Assembly: GCA_963762565.1 (NCBI GenBank)
Contig: CAVXLD010000003.1
Span: 736,001-800,000 of the forward strand
Length of the DNA stretch: 64,000 bases
Direction of reading: 5' to 3'
Source of the DNA: an uncultured Verrucomicrobiae bacterium
Lineage (GTDB): Bacteria > Verrucomicrobiota > Verrucomicrobiia > Chthoniobacterales > JAFAMB01
Below the pieces are notes generated by a model. It was given only the letters and a program-made list of their open reading frames with translations, was not told where the DNA came from and ran no database searches. This document shows, piece after piece, positions 50,370 through 60,100 of the stretch (position 1 is the stretch's first letter; each line of letters opens with the position of its first letter). A program made the translations under genes and the position numbers.

Positions 50370-51479
50370 ATGTCAGAGTTTATCGGAACCATGCGGTTCA
50401 TTATGAAGTTCAATACGCAGGTTTGTAGGACTGCAGTCCCCGCTTGCGTCGGCCTAGTTCTTCTCATGGTCTCGGCGCTGGCTCACGCGCAATATCACCT
50501 TACGAATTTAGTTTCGAATCAAATCGATGAGAATGCCCCGAACACCGATCCACTGCTGGTTAACGCTTGGGGATTAGCCCGGGGCGCGAAATCGCCTTGG
50601 TGGGTCAGCGATAACCTCTCGGGATGGTCAACTCTCTACAATGGAAGCGGAACACCACAGGGGCTTAGGGTTTTGATTCCCACCGCCGGAAACGGACCGG
50701 CCTCGCCGACCGGCCTAAATGGCCCTGGCACACCGACGGGACTCGTTTTCAACGGATCGCAGACGGATTTCCAGATCCAGGGCAACGCCTCGGCTTTCAT
50801 TTTTGCGACCCTGGACGGCACGGTCAGCGCCTGGGCACCGGGCGTGAACGCCAACCAATCGATCATCGCGGTGGACAACTCGGCCAACAAAGCCATGTAC
50901 ACGGGCTTGGCCATCACTAGCAATCCCTCGGGGAACTTCCTCTACGCGGCGGACAACACCAACAATCATATAGATATGTTCGACGGCACCTTTACGCTGG
51001 TGAAGTCGTTTGGCGATCCGAGCATCCCATCGAAATACTCGGTATTTGGCATCCAGGACATCAATGGCCTGGTTTACGTCACCTATGCTGTACCGAACGT
51101 GGGTGCCAACGGTTTCGTCGACGTCTTCAACGAGGATGGTAGCCTCGTGAAGACATTGATACACGGACTGCCGCTAAATCAGCCCTGGGGCATTGCCCTC
51201 GCTCCTGGCAATTTTGGGCCGCTGAGCAATCTTCTGCTGGTTTCAAACAACTCCATCAAAGGCACCATCAACGGGTTCAGCCCTAAAACCGGGGAGTTTC
51301 TGGGTACGATACTGGACGAGCACGGGAACAAGATTGTCTTCAACCAAGCCTGGGCAATTGCCTTCGGTGGCGGAAACTCAGCCAATGGAGCACGAAACGA
51401 ACTGTTCGTCACCGTAGGCCCGGGTATTGCAGGACAAAACGAAAACGCCGGTACCTTTGCATCAATCGTCTTCCCATGA
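50370..51479 (+). CDS. TIGR03118-family exported protein
   Basis: YHLTNLVSN, DPLLVNAWGL, WWVSDN..G.STLY, PTGLVFN, FIFATLDGTVSAW, LNQPWG; start may be 50402. Confidence 0.85.
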   Translation: MSEFIGTMRFIMKFNTQVCRTAVPACVGLVLLMVSALAHAQYHLTNLVSNQIDENAPNTDPLLVNAWGLARGAKSPWWVSDNLSGWSTLYNGSGTPQGLRVLIPTAGNGPASPTGLNGPGTPTGLVFNGSQTDFQIQGNASAFIFATLDGTVSAWAPGVNANQSIIAVDNSANKAMYTGLAITSNPSGNFLYAADNTNNHIDMFDGTFTLVKSFGDPSIPSKYSVFGIQDINGLVYVTYAVPNVGANGFVDVFNEDGSLVKTLIHGLPLNQPWGIALAPGNFGPLSNLLLVSNNSIKGTINGFSPKTGEFLGTILDEHGNKIVFNQAWAIAFGGGNSANGARNELFVTVGPGIAGQNENAGTFASIVFP

Positions 51480-51761
51480 ACATAATGACGAGGGTGGCCC
51501 GAAATAGGCGTTTCATCAGTTAAAAGCTCTACCTTGCTTTGTAACGCCCGACCGTTTCGTTCGGCGACGCCAACGAATCGCAATCAGCATCGGAAATGCA
51601 CTCAATGGAACCGGTGAGGCAGGCCGCCGACCCGGTTCCAGTTTCTGACTTTTCTAGTTCAGGGCTAAACGGCTCCGACCGATCGGCCTCGCAAGCGAGG
51701 CAGCGCTCCACGGCTCTGTTCCCGGCGATGACGGCGTTCCCGGCGCTGCCGGCGTTAAAAA

Positions 51762-51834
51762 TGGCTAGGGGCGGAATCGAACCGCCGACACGAGGATTTT
51801 CAGTCCTCTGCTCTGCCAACTGAGCTACCTAGCC
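51762..51834 (-). tRNA. tRNA-Phe (GAA), CCA not encoded
   Basis: GGCTAGGTAGCTCAGTTGGCAGAGCAGAGGACTGAAAATCCTCGTGTCGGCGGTTCGATTCCGCCCCTAGCCA folds as a cloverleaf. Confidence 0.96.
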
Positions 51835-51928
51835 GTTGACGGGGAGCGGGCAATATGAGTCACCCCAACCACGACGCAAGCGAAAATTGGCCGTGGCCAC
51901 TACTCTGGCCTCTGGTGTCCTGAAATGG

Positions 51929-52114
51929 CTAGGCTCGGGCGGTCTCGACCTGGTCGATGACTCCGGCGTGACATCCAACGATTAATTCAATCGGACGACA
52001 ACAGACCTGGCAGTCTTCGATCGTCGCATACCCTCCAGCTGAGGTGTCCACAAACGCGGTGAATATAGCTCCACAGTAAGGGCAGACCACCTCGACATCT
52101 TCTTCGAGGTTCAT
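51929..52114 (-). CDS. CPXCG-motif cysteine-rich protein
   Basis: VCPYCG ... EDCQVCCRPI. Confidence 0.88.
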   Translation of the reverse strand: MNLEEDVEVVCPYCGAIFTAFVDTSAGGYATIEDCQVCCRPIELIVGCHAGVIDQVETARA

Positions 52115-52437
52115 GAGAACAAAGTTTAACGCCAAGTGGGCAGCGGATCTACAGTAAAAGAGGGTGTAACGGAATATTTTTAAGTTGGACCGCTAGCCCA
52201 ACGCTAACACGCTCAATCCTCGTGAACCAAGTTCCCTGGCAATCGTCCTCGTGCTCATGCTCGTCCTCGTGCTCGAAAGTTCACCCAGCGCGTGCCACCT
52301 CAGCGGGCGTTGGTCTACCCAGCGCGATCGAATCAACACTTATTCGGCAGCGCTGGGCTATGGCAGAGCGGATCGAATCGAGCACGAGGACGAGCACGAG
52401 CACGATTGCCGCGGGCGTTGGTTGCGCTGGGTCGCTA

Positions 52438-54024
52438 TTATCCCCCCAGCGCTGTGAGAATCTTGGAGCCGTCAGGGCTTCCAAGACCCGTCGTGGCGTC
52501 CCAACCCGGCCCAGCGCTAAACGCGCCGTTATTCCCTGACACAATATCATTAAACGCGGACGGATTTTGGTACAGAGCAGCATTCACATACCCGACCCGC
52601 GATTTGTTTTGTTGCATCAACGCCTGATTAATCCGGGCGAAAAGCCCTGCATAAAGCGGCGCCACGGCGCTGGTTCCACCGAATATGTTCGAACTCCCGT
52701 CAATGATGACTTGATAACCGGTGACGGGGTCGGCATCGGCGGCAACATCGGGTACCCCGCGGCCTCCTCCGGAGGTGGTCGGGGCAGGGACATTCACCGA
52801 ATCCTGGTAGGACGGTTTCGGGAAATAATCGCTCACACCGCCACCCGTCGCCCCTTCGCCGCTGGCCGTCTCATTCCAAACGACCTCTGACGTAATCGTG
52901 TTTGTGGTGACATCGGCTTCCAGAGTGGTGCCGCCACACCCGACCACATACGGAGACGAAGCCGGGAAATCGACATGATTCTGGCCGTCCGTTTCACCGT
53001 CGGAAGACCCGCTATCACCCGCTGCCACAAAAACCGTTTTCCCCATGGTGCCGGCATCTTGGAAAGCCTGGTTGAAACTCGTAAACGCCTGAGTGGTCCA
53101 AGTCGATTCCGGACCGCCCCAGCTGATCGAGATCAGGGTTACGGTGGAATCGTTTACCGCGGTCGTGACTGCGTCGATAAAGCCTTGATCGGTGTTGGGC
53201 GCAAAGAACACTTTGATGGCGGCTCCGGGCGCAATCGAACCGGCAACTTCAATATCGAGTTCCACCTCGCCGTCCGGCCCGTCAGCACTTCCTGTAGGAC
53301 TGTTGGTGGCTCCATCGATCGACACCGCAGTTACCGTTGGCGCCGGACTGACGCCCAGCTGCTGGAAATAATTTGTGAGATCAGTCTGGTTATAGCCGCC
53401 GCCGAGCTCAATGATTCCGATCGTCTCACCCTGCCCGGTAAATCCGCCGGGAAAATCGTAAACCGCTGCCAGTTGCAGCGGAGTATAAGTCACGGCCGTA
53501 ACAGCTCCTGGAGCAGCCGTCTTTTTGCTGAGGACCCGAAAATGGGCCTGCGCTTGGGGCCGGTTATCGAGTCCGAAGACACCGGTGATGATGTTCGCAA
53601 AGCTGTTCGGGATCCTGATGGTCCCTTGCCGGAGCCGGTAAACACCACCGGCATAGCGGTAGTGCTGGAGATTCACGCCAAATGCTTCGTTCATACGCGC
53701 CGCAGTCCCCGATAAAGTCACGGAACGGCGTCCGAGATCGTGACCGATGATCTGAAGTTGCTGGCTATCCCCATAATTCGTTACGGCCTCAACATCGGCC
53801 GGATCGGCGCCGAATTTGTGCGCGAATTGTTGCGGCGTTAGATAGGTATGGCTCCCCGGTCCGGAGATTTGGTCGACATATTCTTGTAACCCGCTGGGAT
53901 CTTTGGAACGGAGATAGACCGTGACTTGGATCTGGGTATCGGCCGGGCAGGGGCCGACCAATTCTGCGTTTGGAGGGAGTTGGCGCTCGGAACCAGGCAA
54001 TGAGAAACCTTCTGAGTCCTTCAT
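52438..54024 (-). CDS. Kumamolisin-like S53 (sedolisin) peptidase with prodomain
   Basis: GLDNRPQA, IIELGGG, EVELDIE, SISWG, AAGDSG, GGTSAVAP, GWDATTGLGSP. Confidence 0.93.
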   Translation of the reverse strand: MKDSEGFSLPGSERQLPPNAELVGPCPADTQIQVTVYLRSKDPSGLQEYVDQISGPGSHTYLTPQQFAHKFGADPADVEAVTNYGDSQQLQIIGHDLGRRSVTLSGTAARMNEAFGVNLQHYRYAGGVYRLRQGTIRIPNSFANIITGVFGLDNRPQAQAHFRVLSKKTAAPGAVTAVTYTPLQLAAVYDFPGGFTGQGETIGIIELGGGYNQTDLTNYFQQLGVSPAPTVTAVSIDGATNSPTGSADGPDGEVELDIEVAGSIAPGAAIKVFFAPNTDQGFIDAVTTAVNDSTVTLISISWGGPESTWTTQAFTSFNQAFQDAGTMGKTVFVAAGDSGSSDGETDGQNHVDFPASSPYVVGCGGTTLEADVTTNTITSEVVWNETASGEGATGGGVSDYFPKPSYQDSVNVPAPTTSGGGRGVPDVAADADPVTGYQVIIDGSSNIFGGTSAVAPLYAGLFARINQALMQQNKSRVGYVNAALYQNPSAFNDIVSGNNGAFSAGPGWDATTGLGSPDGSKILTALGG

Positions 54025-54130
54025 ACGATGAGTGTTCGCCGAGGGATCGCGTCCGGCAAGTTCGAAGGTCGTGCGGGCTGGCTTTAATCGTCCTCGTCGT
54101 CGTCCTTGAGAGGGGGCGCGTTGATGCCTG

Positions 54131-54403
54131 GCGCCTGAAGGGGAGCCGCTTTGGTGTTAATCTCTCCGCCCTCGCAAATTTCGTCTCAACGCTGACTCCA
54201 ACCGAAAGGTGCAAAAACAGGCGGCTCCCGGGAACAACCCAACAGTTCACAGCTCTACGACCCTGTCCAAACGAGCCCCGGTAAATCGTCGCCCTGGGTT
54301 ATTCGCGGGAGCCGCCTGTTGCAACGTTTCGTGGTTGGATTGAGCGCTGAAACAAATATCGCGAGGCGGTCTGCCACGCGGCAAAACGGCTCCCCTCCAG
54401 GCG
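54131..54403. mobile_element. MITE-like family A copy
   Basis: Internal sequence closely similar to 18954-19226. Confidence 0.8.
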
Positions 54404-54469
54404 TTGGGAGAACGACGACGATATGCCTGCAGCGCCACGCCGACACGCCGACACGCCGATACGCCCCAA

Positions 54470-55012
54470 CTATCCCGCTCGATAATGCAGACTAACCGCC
54501 CGATAAACATCGGTGTTTCGCTCTGCCGAATAGAAGAAGAGCTGAATACTGCTGCCTGGTTGTTGCCATTGATAACCAACCAGTGTCTCCATCACGTCAC
54601 CTTCCGGTTTCTTATCTCGGGCGAGAACAGTTGGCGGGCCATACTTAGCTTCCAGTTTCTGCCGGGCGCTGTTCAGAAAATCTTCATAGGCAACCAGATC
54701 CCATTCCGGTCGCTGATATTGGAGCTCCACTTCCACCAAGGTCTTTTCGGTCCCGAAATAAATGATGGTGCGTTTGAGACTGGGTTGGAGCAGACCTTCT
54801 ACCGTCCAGGCGTCCCGGCCCTGGATCACCTCCCGGTTCACAATGTGAGCCTCGGCTCTGCTGATGGTCGTCTCGAGTTGTTTTTCGGATTCACCCCAAT
54901 GAAAACCAAAAGGCGGGGTTATCTGTTCGGGGATAACATTCTGAGCCGAACTCGATTCAATCCCAGCGAACCAGATTAACGCGACTATCCATCCAGCAAT
55001 CCTCTTCAACAT
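54470..55012 (-). CDS. Hypothetical exported protein
   Basis: Signal peptide MLKRIAGWIVALIWFAG..SA; PPFGFHWG. Confidence 0.7.
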   Translation of the reverse strand: MLKRIAGWIVALIWFAGIESSSAQNVIPEQITPPFGFHWGESEKQLETTISRAEAHIVNREVIQGRDAWTVEGLLQPSLKRTIIYFGTEKTLVEVELQYQRPEWDLVAYEDFLNSARQKLEAKYGPPTVLARDKKPEGDVMETLVGYQWQQPGSSIQLFFYSAERNTDVYRAVSLHYRAG

Positions 55013-55243
55013 ATAGAACCGCTTCTGACAAAGCACCCTGCATCGCTTACCAATTTCGCCTCCTATTCCGTGATCAGAGTAGACAGCGTAAAAAGCGCCG
55101 TTGACGGTAGGTTGAAAATGTCGAACCGTCGAGGCGTTTTCAACCGCAAACCGCGAATAAAACTCGAACCGCAGCCCCTAAATCCTCCGGGGTGAAATGG
55201 ACGCAGATTGGAGACTGATCCGCAGATTACAGAGCAGATTAAA

Positions 55244-55482
55244 TATCCGCAGATTTCGCAGATTACGCAGATTACGGCTGGCGGTCGATTAACGCCGGAG
55301 GTCGATAGAAACCCTCACGGTAGCGGCTCGGTTTCCGTCAACAACTGATGTGACTTGACCCCAGAGTGAAATCCACGGAGGACTCAACCTATGGTTGATC
55401 CTCGGTGTTGCTACCGGGATAACCGTTGCATCGCGCAGCACCGTAGTCGAAGCCTAAGACGAAATCTGCGTAATCTGCGGAT
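55244..55482. repeat. Repeat family G (ATCCGCAGATTACGCAGATT ... AATCTGCGTAATCTGCGGAT)
   Basis: Copies at 58466-58710 and 61726-61969 with related interiors. Confidence 0.82.
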
Positions 55483-55537
55483 GTTTAATCTTCTTCAATC
55501 TGCGGTTCGTCGCGAAATTGTCCTTTTGAGAGTTCAG

Positions 55538-55635
55538 TTGGAGGGGAGCCGCTTTACCGCGTCCCTCAAGACCTGACGCTATTTCTTCTATGGCATGTCT
55601 TGCCGAAACGGGTGAGAACAGGCGGCTCCCCTCCG
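55538..55635. mobile_element. Short family A element
   Basis: GGAGGGGAGCCGC ... GCGGCTCCCCTCC. Confidence 0.7.
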
Positions 55636-55761
55636 GCGGAACTCCTTGAACTCCTAGTACTCCCCGACTCCGCAAAGCCTACGTCGCGGCGGGCCTTGAA
55701 CTCCTTAATTAACAATTTGCTTGGATTATGGCAGCGTAGCGGCGGTAATCGATAAACCACC

Positions 55762-56511
55762 ATGTTCAAGCGACTAGGAAATTTGATCAAGGGCTTCTTC
55801 GGTTTGTTTGTTAGCGGCTTGGAGAAGCAGAACCCTGAGGCGCTTTTAGAGCTCGAAAGGGAAAACCTGCGCAAACAGATTGCTCAATATAACCAAGGAC
55901 TAGCCGCGCATGCCGGGCTTTGCGAAAGGTTGATTACTCAGGTCAGAAAGTTAGAGACCGAAGAAAGGGAATTGCGCGCCAAGACTACCGCCATGCTGCG
56001 AGCCAATAGCCGGGACGCAGCCGGTCAACTCGCCCTCCGGTTACAAACCATTCAAAGGGAGTTGGGTGAAAACCATAAGCAATTGGAGCAGGCGGAAAAG
56101 ACCTATCAAGAGCTGATTCGAGCCCGAGACGTGGCGGTGAAGAATGCTCAGACGAAAATCGAGGCGCTCCGGTTCAGCCTGGATGACCTCAAGATAAAGA
56201 AGGCGACCGCCGAGCTCACCCAGATGGCTTCCGGGATGGTGACGCAGATCGGTGGAGCAGGGGACACTTTGGATCGCCTCCACCAGATGGTCGAAGAAGA
56301 AAGAGAGGTTGCCGCGGGTAAAGCAAGAGTCGCCCGGGATTCCTTGGACACAACGGGTTTGCATTTGAAAGAGGCAGAGCAAAAGGCATTGGAAGAACAA
56401 GCACTAGCCGACTTCGCAGCCAGCGAGGGTATCGCCTTTCAACCCACCCAGCAGCCCCCCGAGAAAACCGACGAAGGCGGCAGCAAAACCATGGGCCCGG
56501 TCTCGCAGTGA
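55762..56511 (+). CDS. pspA: PspA/IM30 (Vipp1/ESCRT-III-like) family protein
   Basis: Amphipathic MFKRLGNLIKGFFG helix, E.PE.LL motif, long coiled coil. Confidence 0.82.
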   Translation: MFKRLGNLIKGFFGLFVSGLEKQNPEALLELERENLRKQIAQYNQGLAAHAGLCERLITQVRKLETEERELRAKTTAMLRANSRDAAGQLALRLQTIQRELGENHKQLEQAEKTYQELIRARDVAVKNAQTKIEALRFSLDDLKIKKATAELTQMASGMVTQIGGAGDTLDRLHQMVEEEREVAAGKARVARDSLDTTGLHLKEAEQKALEEQALADFAASEGIAFQPTQQPPEKTDEGGSKTMGPVSQ

Positions 56512-56706
56512 GCTTTAGCGTTCGGCGTTTGGCGTTCGCCGTTTGGCGTTCGGCGTTTGGCGTTTGGGGTTCGGCGTTTGGCGTGGCCCGGTCGTGCGAC
56601 ACCCGCGTCCTACATATAAGTCCTATCAGTCCCATAGGTCCTATCCGTGCCACGCCACAACCAGCCGCTTGATCCCCGATCACCACCACAATAAGCGACC
56701 ATCCTA

Positions 56707-58365
56707 ATGAGTTATCGTAGAGAGACATTGCCGGACTGGGCGAAAGAGATGGTGGCCCTTTATGAAAGTGATGCTGCCAGCCAGTTCATTCTCCACGGCA
56801 ATATCCATGACCGTTTTCTGTTAGGCACCACCGATGGAACCTCTTCCGGAGCACTTTTGGATTTCCTCAAAGAGGTCTTGATGCCGCAGTTCGACGTCAT
56901 CCTGCTCTACGATCTGGGGAACGGTCTCCGGGTCGACCGAGGAGGGGAAAAGTTCAAGGAATGGCCTCCCATGCAGATGAACGCAGAACTACCCCGGGCG
57001 CCGCGACCGGCGGTCGAATTGATTACCCGGTTCCTACGGTACTGCGCAAATTTGGCCAGATTGAATCGGGGCGATATCTCGGTCGGCGCCATGGTGGAAT
57101 CGGCTCATCTGGTGGCTCCGGCGGTGCCCGGTGTGCTCAATTATGATTTAAACGCGCTCGCCTTGCTTTTCCGGGAATGGGCCAGTAGCGAGTTCTTTCG
57201 AGGCCAAGCCATCGTGAGCTGTCTATTAACCGAGAACCTGAACGATCTGCATCCAATCGTGGTAAATAATCCGCGGGTCGCGAAAATCAAAATTCCGTTT
57301 CCATCCACCAAGGATCTGGAAGTCGCAATCGCACTGGCTCGAGAGAAGTTTTCGCTAGCGTTAGGCCCGTTCAATGAGCATCCGGAACGGCTGGCGCAAG
57401 GGCTCACCGGGATCACCATGAACGGCTTGGATCGTCTCCTATTGGTCAGGCAATACAAGAAGGAACCATTAGACGAGCAGGATGTCGTCGAGCAGAAACG
57501 GATCATTGTTGAAGAAGAATGTCAGGGGTTAATCGAGTTCATCGCCCCGCGGCGTACCTTGAACAATCTATACGGCCAAGAGAAATTGAAACAAATTCTG
57601 CGCCAGGATCTCGACCTCTGGAAGGTAGGCGATCTGCGAGCGATCCCGATGGGATACCTGATCTGTGGTCCGGTCGGTACGGGAAAGACGTACTTGGTAG
57701 AATGTCTGGCCGGTGAAGCCGGCGTGCCCGTGGTTAAGATCAAGAACTTTCGCGACCGCTGGGTGGGGAGCACGGAAGGAAATCTGGAAAAGATTTTTCG
57801 TCTGCTGCAAGCGTTGGACCGTTGTTACGTGTTCATTGATGAAGCCGACCAGGCGTTGGGTAAACGCGAGACAGGCGGACAAGATGCCGGCTTATCCGGT
57901 AGAATTTATTCCATGATGGCGGCCGAGATGAGCCGTCCGGAAAACCGCGGCCGCTTAGTCTGGATCTTGGCTTCGAGCCGGCCGGACTTGATCGAGGTCG
58001 ATCTAAAGCGACCGGGCCGGATCGACCTGAAAATTCCGATCTTTCCAACAGTGACACCGGAAGAAGGTTACCTGCTACTTAGCTCGCTAGCGAAACGCTA
58101 CGAACTTGAGCTCGCTCCGAGTTATGAAGGCATATCGGTGCCGGATCTGCTTACCCCCGGGGCAGCGGAGTCAATCATGGTGAAAGTTTATCGGCTTGTG
58201 CAAACCACCAAAGCGCCCGTCATGGAAGCGTTAAGGAAATGCCTTACCGAATACCAGAGCCCGGTTCTTCCCGACGTTATGGATGCCCAGATCCGTCTCG
58301 CGATCCAAGAAACCTCTGACATGGAGTTCGTCCCGCAGAAGATCCGTGAGCGCTTCGCCCGATGA
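56707..58365 (+). CDS. AAA+ ATPase (classic clade, one intact module plus degenerate N-terminal module)
   Basis: GPVGTGKT, pore loop RWVG, FIDEAD, SRH LKRPGRID. Confidence 0.9.
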   Translation: MSYRRETLPDWAKEMVALYESDAASQFILHGNIHDRFLLGTTDGTSSGALLDFLKEVLMPQFDVILLYDLGNGLRVDRGGEKFKEWPPMQMNAELPRAPRPAVELITRFLRYCANLARLNRGDISVGAMVESAHLVAPAVPGVLNYDLNALALLFREWASSEFFRGQAIVSCLLTENLNDLHPIVVNNPRVAKIKIPFPSTKDLEVAIALAREKFSLALGPFNEHPERLAQGLTGITMNGLDRLLLVRQYKKEPLDEQDVVEQKRIIVEEECQGLIEFIAPRRTLNNLYGQEKLKQILRQDLDLWKVGDLRAIPMGYLICGPVGTGKTYLVECLAGEAGVPVVKIKNFRDRWVGSTEGNLEKIFRLLQALDRCYVFIDEADQALGKRETGGQDAGLSGRIYSMMAAEMSRPENRGRLVWILASSRPDLIEVDLKRPGRIDLKIPIFPTVTPEEGYLLLSSLAKRYELELAPSYEGISVPDLLTPGAAESIMVKVYRLVQTTKAPVMEALRKCLTEYQSPVLPDVMDAQIRLAIQETSDMEFVPQKIRERFAR

Positions 58366-58465
58366 AGACAGAAATTCACTACAGAGACACAGAGGACACA
58401 AAGAATGAGGCCTAACCGCAGATGGACGCAGACATGAAGTGATCCGCGGATTAGGAAGAAGATTA

Positions 58466-58710
58466 AATATCCGCAGATTACGCAGATTACGCAGATTTCG
58501 TTCTGGCGCTTCGATTACGGCGCTGCGCGATGCAAGCCGTTGTGGCGGTAACAATGTCGAGGACCAACCATGGGTTTGACCCATCCGTAGATTTTGGCCT
58601 GGGTTCAAGTCGCACCAGTTATGGATGGAACCGTGCCGCTACCTTGGGGTCGCCATCCGCCCCTGGCGTCAATCGACCGCCAACCGAAAATCTGCGTAAT
58701 CTGCGGATAT
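58466..58710. repeat. Repeat family G copy
   Basis: ATATCCGCAGATTACGCAGATT ... AATCTGCGTAATCTGCGGATAT. Confidence 0.82.
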
Positions 58711-58810
58711 TTACTCTTCTGCATGATCTGCGGACCATCGAAAGTCGCGTTTTTGTTCGTTAATCTGCGGTTGAGATTTGGTTCTGATTCGTGTCAATTC
58801 GCGTCCATTC

Positions 58811-60100
58811 GTGGTGAATAATCCCCGGCGAGCGGCTTTCATTGTTTTCGGCCTTTGGTTGGCGGTGATCCTCGGGGTGACGATGCGGGGGCTGGTTGCG
58901 CCGCATCAGAACTCGGTGTTCTTGGTTTTCAGGGACGCGGGCCGTGCTTGGCTAGCGGGGCAGCCGCTGTATTCGCATGTCGGTAAATATCTTTATAGCC
59001 CGCTGGCTGCTGCATTGTTTTCGCCTTTTGCGTTGATCCCCGATGGGGCCGCCTCCGCTCTTTGGCGCTTAGTCACCGGCTTGGCGTATCTGATCGCGGT
59101 CGTCTGCTGGTTCCTCCGATACACCGTGTCGTGCTCCCGACTTCGCCAGCCAATCGAGTTGGAAGCCAATGGGCCAAAGGCTTCGTCGGGCAAGCTGTTC
59201 TCGTCGTCGTCCTCGTCCTCGATCTGGTCCTCGTCCTCGGTTTACCCTGCCGTCCTCGCTCTCGCGCTTCTCCTCCCATTATCCATCGGAAACCTGAACA
59301 ATGGCCAAGCAAGCCCGTTGATTATCGCCCTGTTGATTTGCGGATGCCTGGCGGCGTTAGATGAACGTTGGACCTTAACGGCGGCTTGTATTTCAATCGC
59401 TGCCTTCTTCAAGATCTATCCGTTAGCCATCGGCCTACTAGTAGCGGTGATTGAGCCCCGGAAACTCGGTTGGCGGCTGGTACTGGGAATCCTGATCCTT
59501 GGCATCCTTTCCCTAGTGTTGCAGCGGCCTGATTATGTGATCAATCAATACGGCGATTGGTGGCGTAGCTTAGGAGCAGACCAGCGCCGGATCTCAACCG
59601 AGCTAGGTTCATGGCGAGATGCTTGGTTGTTGCTCCGGATCGCCCACGTACCGATCACGGTCGGCGCCTACGCAGTGTTACAAGCGGCTACCGCGATAGC
59701 GGCTGCCGTCTTTTGCTGGTGGCGATCAAAGGTCTGGAATCGAGCCGCAGTGATTTGGAGCGCGTTCAGTGTCGGTTGCCTTTGGATCACCCTATTCGGC
59801 CCTTCCACCGAGCTGGCGACTTATATCTTTTTAGCGCCGGCCGTGGCGTTTGCTTGCGCCCAAACGCTATTGCCTGTGATGCAAAAGCGACAGCCCTTCG
59901 GTTGGTTTCAATTCCTTCCCCTGGCCGCTTATGGGTTGCTTCTTTTGGCGGAAGCGTTGAATGCTTGGGTCCCTGTGATTCGACAGAATAACTATCTCCA
60001 CGCCATTCAACCCGTCGCGGCATTGCTTTTCTTGGGGTTCACTCCTTGTTGGAACCCGCTGAAGTCTGAGCCATCGAACACTAGCGTGTCCTCACAGTAA
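58811..60100 (+). CDS. Glycosyltransferase family 87 (DUF2029) membrane protein
   Basis: PLY..YLYSP..A.LFSPF, NGQAS, FFKIYP; start uncertain. Confidence 0.8.
   Translation: MVNNPRRAAFIVFGLWLAVILGVTMRGLVAPHQNSVFLVFRDAGRAWLAGQPLYSHVGKYLYSPLAAALFSPFALIPDGAASALWRLVTGLAYLIAVVCWFLRYTVSCSRLRQPIELEANGPKASSGKLFSSSSSSSIWSSSSVYPAVLALALLLPLSIGNLNNGQASPLIIALLICGCLAALDERWTLTAACISIAAFFKIYPLAIGLLVAVIEPRKLGWRLVLGILILGILSLVLQRPDYVINQYGDWWRSLGADQRRISTELGSWRDAWLLLRIAHVPITVGAYAVLQAATAIAAAVFCWWRSKVWNRAAVIWSAFSVGCLWITLFGPSTELATYIFLAPAVAFACAQTLLPVMQKRQPFGWFQFLPLAAYGLLLLAEALNAWVPVIRQNNYLHAIQPVAALLFLGFTPCWNPLKSEPSNTSVSSQ

Noticed and set aside
51529..51819. 96-aa ORF MAEQRTENPRVGGSIPP
   Set aside because: It is a translation of tRNA-Phe plus a repeat arm.
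51700..51834. Prophage or integrative element at tRNA-Phe
   Set aside because: No integrase, no phage genes and no duplicated tRNA 3' end were found in the window.
52975..53715. 246-aa plus-strand ORF
   Set aside because: Antisense shadow of the S53 peptidase; the many other short antisense ORFs were rejected for the same reason.
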